Assembly: GCF_006345805.1 (NCBI RefSeq)
Contig: NC_043011.1
Span: 65,608,464 to 65,672,463 of the forward strand
Direction of reading: 5' to 3'
Source of the DNA: Octopus sinensis
Lineage: Eukaryota
DNA length: 64,000 nucleotides
The notes beneath the pieces are model-generated. The model saw only the letters and a list, made by a program, of their open reading frames with translations. It was not told where the DNA came from and made no database searches. Below, piece by piece: positions 52,959-64,000 of this stretch; positions within the stretch are counted from its first letter, which is position 1, and each line of letters begins with the position of its first letter. The position numbers were made by a program, and so were the translations under genes.

Positions 52959-55900
52959 ACATCTGAACTTTTTTTGACCGATAGGACCCCTACCTAAAAA
53001 AAAAAATATATATCACTGATGGTGATGATGATAATAATGATAGTAATAGTGATGATAATCTATCTATCAATCTACACACAAACACACACTCATAGAGTTC
53101 AACCAACACAAACCTCACCTCCGCTCTATTGTTAACCAAATATGAAAGTATCATTTGACAGGCAAGAACTCTGGCGTTGAAGACAGTCAGCCAGCCAACC
53201 ACCAAGCCAGCCAACGAGACAGACAGGCACTACTGTGATGGTGATAATGATAAAAAAACAAAAATAACAATAATAAGATACCGCTGTGACTACACATAAA
53301 ACAATATCATTGATGATGATGGTGGTGATGGTGATGGTGATGATGATAACGATGATGGTAATGGTGGTGATAATGATGATAGTGATAATAATGGTGATGA
53401 TAATAACAATAAGCCGACTACGGCTGCTATAATGGTACGATTATAATTGTAACGGCAATGATGGCCGTCTCCCCACGAGCCAATCAAAGCTAAAGAATGA
53501 TAACATTATCGTAGCACCAACATAATTTTGGAAACTAAAAGGAAAACTAAATCAGTATACCAAATCGATTGTCCTATGGTTAATCTGGAAGGGCGTCCCC
53601 CTAGGAAGAGTCAGCCTGGGATCGAAAAGTCATCAACTGGCACAAACTCTCCTCCGAATACGGACATGGATGGTCACTTGAACGGGAAATCCCCCAACTC
53701 GAGCCCTCAAAGTTCACCACCACAACCACCACAGAAAGAAAAATGTAAGCGGAACAAATGGACCCGAGAAGAGTATAAAGAAGTAATATACGCTTATTAC
53801 TATGCATTAGGTAGGCCATCTCAAGAGAGACACACCGCAAACTCTTACAGTATATGGAGAACACGGAATCAAGACAGTAGGCCCTATTTGGACGAGAACA
53901 AATTAGCAAATGTGAGGAGGGATATCCTTAGAAATAACAGACTCACAGACAGTGAAATAAGCGCGATCAAGCACGCAACGGAAAATGACATAAATATAAG
54001 ACACAAAGGAAATGAAGAATCAGATGAACAGTATAGCCCGCCACGAGGCTTAATTGAAAGACTGCCATCTGACCAAAGTACGCAAAGGCCTGAAGATACA
54101 AGAAATTTTATTGTACCTGTTAAAGATAGCCAGGAAAACGAAAAAACAACAGTAACTGAAGATCTCGCATTTGCTGAAGAACACAGAGTTGAAGTTGTAA
54201 GACATGCAAGTATGAATGATAGAGAACCACTTCATAAACTCTCAAATACAAACCAAAATAAAAAACAAATCCAAATTGGCAACTATGTAACAAATGAAAT
54301 AATACGAGAATTAAAATCTGATTTTACTGAGTTAAATGAAATTATTTACGCTTCTGCTAGGGCAATTGAAACCAGCTGTATGCCCCCCCAAAAAACAAAG
54401 AAAACAAAAACCTGGGAAGAAATCAATCCTGGAGAAGTAAAATTGAAAAAGAGATTGAAATTATGAGATGGGAAATATCAATATTAAATGAACTAATATG
54501 TGGAAATGATGTAAGATCCAGAACAGGAGGAAAGATGAAGAGAAAATATGGATCCTCACCAACAGAAGAACTGATATCAATAAAAGAAACGCTGAAACAA
54601 AAAGTCCAAGCAAAAGCCCAAAGAATACGAAGATTTGAGAAGAGAAACAAGTTTTACAAGCAAAATAAGCTGTTCACATCCAATGCCAAAAACTTCTACT
54701 GAGAAATAGGGAAGGAGAAAGTAACCGTTAAAGAGCCCCCTCCCATGGAAGAAGTTCAAATCTTTTGGAAAAGGATTTGGAGTGACAAGAAGACGTACAA
54801 CATAAATGCAGACTGGATTATACAAACTGACGGATCCTACCAACATTTACAACAACAAGCATGTGAAGACATCACAATAGCAGACCTAAGAAAGGCACTC
54901 ACGAAGGCCCATAATTGGAAATACCCCGGTAAAGATATGATGCCGAATTTCTGGCTCGCATCGCTCCCATGCGCACACGGTAAGCTAGTTCAGCTGCTCA
55001 ATGGAATTATGAGAGACCCAAAGAAAACACCAGAATGGTTAGCAAGTGGCATTACTTACCTACTCCCAAAGAATAACGAAACCAACCTTCCAAAAGACTA
55101 TCGGCCTATAACCTATCTATCCACCACGTATAAAATCCTAACATCTATCCTGGCGGAGAAAACATATGCATTCATGGAGAAGAACGATATTTTCCCCATC
55201 GAACACTAAGGGTGCCGCCGAGGCGCTTACGGATGCAAAGATCAACTGCTAATCAATCGTATGATCCTTGAGAACTGTCACAACAAGCGCAGAAATCTCA
55301 GCACCGCATGGATTGACTATAAAAAGGCGTTCGACACTATACCGCATCCATGGATCTTGAGATCGCTGGACATCTTCAAAATTTCCCCTGTGATTTCAAA
55401 TTTCTTGAAGCACAATATGTCGTTGTGGAATACGAATCTCCAATTATACCACTCTAATGGAGTACTTGCCTCAGAAAATATAAACATCAACTGTGGAATT
55501 TTTCAAGGTGACTCACTTTCACCTTTAATATTCTGCATAGCCCTAATACCCCTTACGAGTGAATTAAACAGAGCAGGGTATGGGTATAAAATTGCCAATA
55601 AAAGAATAAGCCATCTATTTTATATGGATGACTTAAAACTTTATGGTAAAGACAATAATGAACTTGAAGGCCTATTGCGCACCGTGAAAGCATTCAGCGA
55701 TGACATCGGGATAGAGTTTGGACTTGAGAAGTGTGCCAAGGCCACTTTCCAGAAAGGGAAAGTGAAGACCACAAATTTAGTCGTGTTAGATGTTGACACA
55801 GTCATAAGAGAGCTTGAGCAAGAACAAACATACACATATTTAGGGATAAATGAAGGCTCTGGTATTCAGCATGCAAGCATGAAAGAGAAAATCAGGAAGG

Positions 55901-57343
55901 AATGTTATAGGAGACTTCGTGCAGTCCTGAAATCTGAACTAAATGCACGTAACAAGGTGTTAGCTATAAATTCCTTAGCAGTTCCAGTTGTTACTTATAG
56001 CTACAATGTGTTGAACTGGAATATGAGTGAAGTAAAGAATATAGATAGGAAAATACGCAAGCTGCTGAGTTGAAATAGGATGCACTACCCAAAGGCAGAC
56101 GTAGATCGCCTTTACCTTCCCAGAGCCCAAGGAGGTCGAGGCCTGATCCAATTTGAACTAGCTTACAAAACAACCACAATTGGACTGGCCAAATATCTCG
56201 AAATATCGAATGACTGGATGCTAAAACTCGTGGAAAATCACGAGAGACGAAAGAAGCTTCATTCTATCATAAAGGAAAGCAAAAGTTTTGCTATTGATCT
56301 CGTGCAGGATACCCAAACTTAACAACACGACGGAAGTACGGCAACTATTGTTGCAAAGAAGGTGAAAATAATGGCAACGAAAAAAGCGCACGAGCAATTG
56401 GCTGATAGGTGGGAGGAGAAACCTCTGCACGGCAAATATGTGACCCGCAGCAAACAAGCTGATGTTGACCAGAAGCAAACCCATCAGTGGCTACGGAGCT
56501 CAGGGCTAAAAGCAGAGAGCGAAGGTTTCATCGTGGCTGCTCAAGATCAAAGCCTATTAACCCGGAACTACCAGGCCAATATGATGAAAAACGGAGCAGA
56601 CCCAAAATGCCGATTCTGCAACGACATGATTGAAACAGTGGACCATCTAATCTCTGGATGTAAAGTCTTAGCACCAATGGAGTATAAATTAAGACATGAC
56701 AGAGTTGGACAATATCTACACTGGCTAATAAGTCGGCATTACAATATCAAAACTGCCGACAAGTGGTATAATCACCACCCTGAGGCTGTAACTGAAGGAG
56801 AAAATGTAACCATTCTGTGGGACTTTCCAGTACATACAGACCGAACTGTCAAGGCCAATAAACCAGATATTGTTGTGAAAGACCAAAACAATAAAGTTTG
56901 CTTATTGATCGACATGAGCATCCCCTGTGATCATAATATCTCAGCGAAAGAGTTTGACAAGCTCAGAAAATATAAAGACCTACTCATTGAAATTGAGAAA
57001 ATGTGGCATCTCAAGGTGGTTACAATACCAGTGATCGTAGGAGCACTAGGAATGATCAAGAAGGGAACCGAAAATTATATGAGAATGATCCCTGGCTTAC
57101 CATCTCTGCAAGAAGTGCAAAAGATTGTCTTAACTGGTATATCACACGTATTGAGAAGAGCATTGTCGATGTGAGAACTGTTGCTGCTCATGTAGTTTAA
57201 TTTAACTTGAAAAAAAAAAAAAAATTAATGAACTATTGAGTTTGGTTTAATGGCCTACCAATGTATACTATGAGTTTCTTTGCCCTAGGAGTCGGGAAGA
57301 CACTCGGCAAGAAATGGAAGCAAATTTGAAAGAAGAAAAAAAA
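52959..57343 (+). mobile_element. R4/Dong-clade element, family D, full length, with stops and frameshifts
   Basis: Single broken ORF from 53528: KWTREEYKEV..NKLANVRR, RT GIFQGDSLSP and YMDDLKLY, CRFC..ETVDHLISGC..RHD, KPDIVV..LIDMSIP..KYKDL, stop at 57174, 3' UTR to the TAA tract. Confidence 0.95.
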
Positions 57344-57610
<267 letters not shown>

Positions 57611-57613
<3 letters not shown>

Positions 57614-60600
57614 GAGAACACCGGGGACGGAAGAGAACACCGGGGACGTTTAAGATGTTAGAAGGAAAATTCAGAGCTCCGAAATCTATCCACAAAAATC
57701 GAAAACAAGGACATCCTATGGAGCCAAAGTTTTACTAACAAAGAATTGGACTGTATCCGAGTAAGTAATACTAATTGAAATTTATTACTATTTTCGAAAC
57801 GAAATGATGTATTTTGACTCGATATCATCTCCGCCTCTAGCGCAACACATGTAAACATGCGTGGAACATCACGATCATCTCCGACCCCAAACACCATGTA
57901 CAAAGGAACTACGAAGAAATTAAATGTCACCGATACTATTCAACCCAAGAATAACAATCGAGCGGTACATACATTAAACTTACAACAAAAAATGTACGAA
58001 AAACTACACGTGCGAAATAATGTGACAACAGAAATAAACGGACCGGTACCCTACGAAAATGACGACCGTCAAAATAATGGGCCGGACGTTGTACCTCATG
58101 TCCCGCAAATAAAACCCAAAAGACGTAAATGGACACGTGAGGAATACATTTCTATCTTACACGCATACTTCACAGCAGTACTCTACCCAAAAAATGAAAA
58201 TACAACAACACATACATATAAAATATGGAAGGAAAATAATAGAGATTCAGACTTGGATACAGCAATGAACCCTAATAAATTAGCTAACGTACGAAGATAC
58301 ATTCTCAACACAAAAAAAATATCAGAAATAGAAATAGAACACCTAAAAGAAAACATACACCAGGAAAATGTAGATAGAAGCCACACAACAATGCCCAATA
58401 ATATAAACACTGAAACTGTAAAACACGAAGACAAACGCAACATTCCCAACAAACACGATGTAAACAACGAAGGGGAGCCTAATGATTATGATAATATGAA
58501 AAGTAAAATAATCAAAGAACTGAAAACCACAGAGCCCCAAATGGACCACCGACCATACCTCCCAAGAATCAAAATAAACAAAATAACAACACCTATTATA
58601 AACAGCATAAACCTAGCCGTCACTGAACTGATAACCACTGAATAAAAAAAATGTGATATCACTGAGCTAAATAACCTAATATACGCAGCAGCCACTGCAG
58701 CCACAAAAGAAGCTGGATACTCACCCAAACCCGCCCAAACAGGTGTACCACCACCCAAACGAACCCTATGGATAAATAACATCCAAAGCAAAATAAAAAA
58801 ATTAGAAAAGACCTGTCGATTCTTAATGAAATCAGCAAAAAAAACGCTACTGAGCAACAAAAAGAGAACAAAAATATCCGCAAATATAACATCACAGAGA
58901 AAGATTTGCCTGAAAAAAAAGAAGAGCTGAAGCAAGATATCCTTGAAAAAGCACAAAGGATCCACCGGTACAAGAAACGCCAACTCTTCTTTGAAGAAAA
59001 CAAAAAGTTCAACTCCAACCCCAAAAAGTTCTACCAAGAACTGGGAAAAAATAAAATAGAAGTCACTGCAGCACCAACGGCAGAAGAATTGGAAGAATTC
59101 TGGGGAGAAATATGGTCGGCGAACGAACAACCAAAAAAAAAGGCATCTGAACAACTTTGGACCCCCATAACAACTGAAGAGGTCACCCAGGCACTGCAAA
59201 GACTAAGCAACTGGAAGGCACCTGGGCATGACAAGATCCCCAACTTCTGGTTGAAATATCTAACAGGAATGCACAAAAAGCTGGCTGAAAACTTTAACAA
59301 CGTACTAGCAGAGCCAGAGACAATGCCTGAATGACTCAGGAAGGGGAAAACCATCTTAATTCCCAAATCAAATGAAAGAGAAAAACCAGAAAACTACAGA
59401 CCAATTACCTGCCTCCCTACTATGTTCAAGGCATTTACTGCAGTGATATCACAAAGGCTGAACAAGCACCTGGACGAAGACAAACTGTTCCCAGAAGAGC
59501 AGAATGGATGCCGCAAAGGCTCATATGGCTGTAAAGATCAAATAATTAATAAAGCCATAACTGAAGACAGCCACAGAAAGAAGAAAGGCCTCAGCATGGC
59601 CTGGATTGACTACAAAAAGGCGTTTGATAGCATCCCCCACACATGGATCCTCGAAACACTAGCCATTAACAAATTAGCACCAACAATCATAAAATTCATA
59701 CGACACTCTATGAATAAATGGCAAACAGTCCTACAACTCCAAACAAAAGAGGGACTCATGAAAACCAAAGACATCCCCATTAGAAGAGGAATATTCCAGG
59801 GAGACACGCTCTCTCCACTCCTTTTCTGCTTGGCACTGTCACTTCTATCTGATATGCTAAATAGAACTGGATGCGGATATAAATGTTACGGCAAAACGAT
59901 CAGCCACCTTTTATATATGGATGACCTAAAACTATACGCTGCAAATGACAAACAGCTGGAAACACAATTAAAGACAGTTCATGGTTTTACCAAAGAAATA
60001 GATATGGAATTTGGATTAGAAAAATGCGCCAAAGTAACCATGAAAAGAGGAAAACTAGTTAAGAGTAACATCACACTAGATAAAACCAATGAAATAGAAG
60101 TATTAGACCAAAGCCAAACTAACAAATACTTAGGAATCCATGAACTAGATAAGACACAACACACACAAATGAAAGTGAAAATAAAACAAGAATATTATAG
60201 ACGAGTTAGATCAATACTAAACACAGAGCTCAATGCTAAAAGCAAGATAATAGGTATCAACACTTTAGCTGTCCCAGTTATAAGTTACAGCTACAATATC
60301 CTTAACTGGACACGAAATGAACTGACCAAAATAGATAGGAAGACAAGAAAAATAATGACAGGATCTAGGATGCATCACCCAAAATCTGACGTAGAAAGAC
60401 TATATATACAACGTATAGAAGGTGGTAGAGGCCTTATACACCTGGAAAACTACTATAAGATAACCACCATGGGACTGCAAAAATATCTACTTCAGAAGGA
60501 AGGAAAACTGATCCAGAGAGCGGCAAAACACGAGCAAAACAAAAAACTGTTCTCAGTAATTAAGGAAGCTGACAAATACAAACAAGAAATCATACTACCT

Positions 60601-61568
60601 AATAAACATGAAGAAGAAGAAGAAGATGAATAAAAAACAAAAGCTATAAAACAAATGAAATCCAAACTAAAAATAGAACATCAACGAACCATGATAAATC
60701 GATGGCAAGAAAAGCCCCTTCATGGTAAATACTGGACTAAACTAAACGCAAAAGAAATAGATAAAGAAAAAACCCCGGCAATGGTTGAGAAGCTCAGGAC
60801 TCAAAGCAGAGTCAGAGGGATTTTTAATTGCAGCACAAGACCAAAGCCTGCCCACCAGAAATTACCAAAAACATGTAATGAAAAGAAATATTACAAGTAA
60901 CTGCAGAATATGTGGAGATGGACAAGAAACAATAAATCATATTATCTCTAGCTGCCCAGTCTTGGCTAAGAAGGAATATATTCACAGACATGACAGAGTT
61001 GGAACCTACATACTTTGGAAGCTATGCCAACATTATGGAATAACAACAGAAAAAAGATGGTATAGGCACGCACCAGAAAAGGTCACAGAAAACGAGAAAG
61101 CAACCATACTCTGGGATATGCCGATACACACAGATAGAGAAATTAAGGCCAACAGACCAGATATAGTTGTCAGAGATCATGAAGAAAAAAAATGCTTTCT
61201 AATTGATGTATCAATACCGGCAGATGACAACGTGTCTCTAAAAGAAATGGAGAAACTCTCAAAATACAAAGACCTGGAAATAGAGGTAACTAGAATGTGG
61301 AATCTGAAAACAGAAACAATTCCTATCATAGTAGGTGCATTAGGCATGATAAAAAAATATTCAGACAAATACATAACAAAAACACCAGGACTTACAAACA
61401 CATATAACATACAGAAAATTGCACTACTAGGCACTACACACATCCTACGCAGAACACTTTCCATACAATAACCATCAGAGCATCACAACAAATCACAGCA
61501 CATACCCAAGGCACACAGAGCTGCGCTCGGTAGTGAAGTTAAAGCACGCTATAAAAATAAAACTACTG
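57611..61568 (+). mobile_element. R4/Dong-clade element, family C, apparently full length, with stops and frameshifts
   Basis: ORF pieces 57857-61471: KWTREEY..NKLANVRR, RT GIFQGDTLSP and YMDDLKLY, CRIC..HIISSC..RHD, RPDIVV..LIDVSIP..KYKDL. The 5' end has a tandem AAGAGAACACCGGGGACG duplication. Confidence 0.95.
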
Positions 61569-61581
61569 AATAATAATAATA

Positions 61582-61622
<41 letters not shown>

Positions 61623-61690
61623 TAATAATAATAATAATGATAATAATAATAATAATGATAATAATAATAATAATGATAATAATAATAATA
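61569..61690. repeat. (TAA/TGA)n tract
   Basis: Directly visible. Confidence 0.97.
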
Positions 61691-64000
61691 ACCCAAAAAC
61701 TTTTTACAGGAAGATAGGAAAAATACCAGTTACTGTAAGCTCTGTACCATCAACAGAAGAAGTGCAGTGATTTGGGAATAAAATTTGGGCAGAAGAAAAA
61801 ACACACAGCGAAAAGTCCCCCTGGATTGATAGAATATCTAAAGAACTGGACTCCTTAGAAGAGCAAAAGTGGGAGGGTGTCAAGGTTGAAGATATAAGAT
61901 CTGCTCCCAGGCGGTCTCCAGGAAAGGACAACATTCCTAACTTCTGTCTGAATGCCTTCCCAGAGAGACATGAACTGCTAACAGAACTTTACAATGATGT
62001 TTTGCAGCACCCTAGTAGGATGTCTCCTTGGCTTGTTAATGGGTTAACATTCCTGCTTCCAAAAAGTGAAGAAACAAATGAACCAAAACACTATAGTCCC
62101 ATAACCTGCTTAACAACTATGTATAAAACGCTAACATCTGTCCTGACGGAATATACTTATAGTTTTTTAACAGACAGAAGCATATTCCCTAATGAACAGA
62201 AAGGATGTAAACGTGGATCCTACGGTTGTAAAGGTCAGCTACCCATCAATAAGATGATCTTAGATGATTGTTACAAACGACACAAAAACTTATCAATAGC
62301 CTGGATAGACTATAAAAAGGCTTTTGACAGCCTACCACATAGCTGGATTAAGAAATGCCTGGAAATGTATAAGATAGCACCTACTCTGCGAAACTTTTTG
62401 ACTGTAAGTATGAGATCATGGAGAATCACATTAACTTTGAACAGTGACAATGAATCTCTAAATGCTGGTGATGTAAAAATGTCATGTGGCATTTTCAAGG
62501 GTGACTCACTATCACCACTCCTCTTCTGTTTAGCCTTAATACGTCTCAATGACGCGGGTCCGGGTATAAAATGTTTGATAAAAATATAAATCATTTCATT
62601 CACATGGATGATTTAAAGCTCCTTGCAAAAAATGACCAACAACTCAAGGGCTTACTAGCGATAGTCAAACAATTCAGTGACGACATCAGAATGCAATTTG
62701 GCCTCGATAAATGTGCAAAAGCTACCTTTATCAAAGGGAAAATGACAAAAACATCTAACGTTAACTTTGACCAGCAGATTGTCATAAAATAATTAAACCC
62801 AGCGGAGAGCTACAAGTACCTGAAGGGGACTGAATAAGGCATTCAGTGACGAACGAAAGGATCAGGAGAGAATGTTATCGCAGAGTAAGAGCAATACATG
62901 AACACCACCCTGTACTTAACTCCATGTCCCCCTACATGGCCTTGCTATTTGCTTTTGAGCCAAATTAACTAACTAACTAACTAACATACTCAAGACAGAG
63001 CTAAATGCGAGAAACATGATCGAAGCGATCAATGCTTCAGCCATACCAGTCGTGACTTACAGTTTCAATATCGTTAATTGGTCAATTACTGAAACATGTC
63101 AGCTCGACAGAAAAATAAGGAAACTGTTGACAATGCATAGAATGCTCCACCCTAAGGCAGATACAGAACGACTTTATCTGCCAAGAAAAGAGGGAGGCCG
63201 TGGACTTTTACAACTGGCAATAACAATGAAGATTGCTACAATTGGCCTAGACACCTACCTGAAAAACTCTGAGCAGTGCATGTTAAAATCTTGTCTCAAA
63301 ACATGAAGACAAAAAAGCATCATACGCATTAGCAAAACAAGCAAAGAGAAATCTAAGTGAATTCTGAATACAGCAAATTTCGGAATTAGAGATAGACATA
63401 CAAGAAACAAGTCCAGAAAAAGCTAAGCGCTAAAACTGCGGCCTTAGATATTCTGAATGATAAATGGCAAGAAAACCCTCTGTATGGCAAATACCCAATG
63501 AGAGCGAATAATGCAGATATTGACAAAACCCTTGACCCACCAATGGCTAATGGCCTCTGGCTTAAAATCTGAAACCATGGGGTTTATCATAGCAGCTGAA
63601 GATCAATGCCTGCCAACAAGAAACTACCAGACCAACATATTAAAGAACGGCAGTAGACCAACATGTCGTGTATGTCAAAAACAAAATGAAACCATTGATC
63701 ATATTGTCTCCAAGTGCAGTCTTCTTGCGCCTACAGAATATCTCAACAGACACGATAGAGCTGCACAGTTTTTCACTCGGTAATTTGCAAAAACCTTGAT
63801 TTGCCCCTTGAAAAAAAAATGGTGGGAACACAAATCACCTACAGTGCTTGAAAAATGACCACATCTCAATCTTCCGGAACATCACCATTCAAACTGACAG
63901 AAAGATAGATGCAAATAGGCCAGATATCATATTGAAAGACTTCAGACAAAAAACATGCCTCCTCATTGATATGATTGTCCCAATCGATATAAACGTATCT
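61691..64000 (+). mobile_element. R4/Dong-clade element, family B, 5'-truncated, continues past window end
   Basis: Collinear with 8.6-11.05 kb: GIFKGDSLSP, HMDDLKLL, CRVC..ETIDHIVSKC..RHD, RPDIIL. Confidence 0.92.
62898..62985 (+). mobile_element. 88-bp 3' stub of the CR1-like LINE inserted in R4 family B
   Basis: Matches the CR1 3' UTR plus (TAAC)n tail; flanked by ATAC at 62894-62897 and 62986-62989. Confidence 0.9.

Noticed and set aside
52959-53527. HDV-like ribozyme in R4 5' UTRs, as known for some R2/R4 elements
   Set aside because: I could not fold a nested double pseudoknot by eye in family C or D 5' ends. A covariance-model search would be needed.
58486-59366. Long antisense ORFs over R4 and CR1 elements (also 5447..5872, 36002..36238)
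   Set aside because: Shadow frames of the TE coding strand, with no independent protein features.

Overview
This is AT-rich animal genomic DNA, dense in microsatellites and transposon fossils. The SINE types and repeat landscape suggest a cephalopod, probably Octopus; this is inference only. I found no intact cellular gene. (1) Two head-to-tail trains of R4/Dong-clade non-LTR retrotransposons (RT plus C-terminal CCHC and PD-(D/E)xK nuclease) sit at 8.3-20.6 kb (minus) and 52.8-64 kb (plus). They come from three distinct families, which I label B, C and D, and almost every junction lies in a (TAA)n tract. (2) A CR1-like LINE family is present as one decayed full-length copy, one 5'-truncated copy with an open frame, and one 88-bp stub. 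(3) There are four Tc1/mariner remnants, two Helitron fragments, a heavily decayed Penelope-like element and several tRNA-type SINEs. (4) Two Penelope-type hammerhead ribozyme motifs lie in a ~170-bp inverted repeat at 28.8-29.9 kb. (5) Three same-strand decayed paralogues of an unassigned Cys/Trp-patterned, probably secreted protein occur at 22.3-23.4, 31.9-32.6 and 46.4-47.2 kb, with candidate leader exons. (6) A near-perfect foldback element built of stacked hairpins lies at 51.7-52.2 kb. All alignments and translations were done by eye, so boundaries of decayed elements are approximate.
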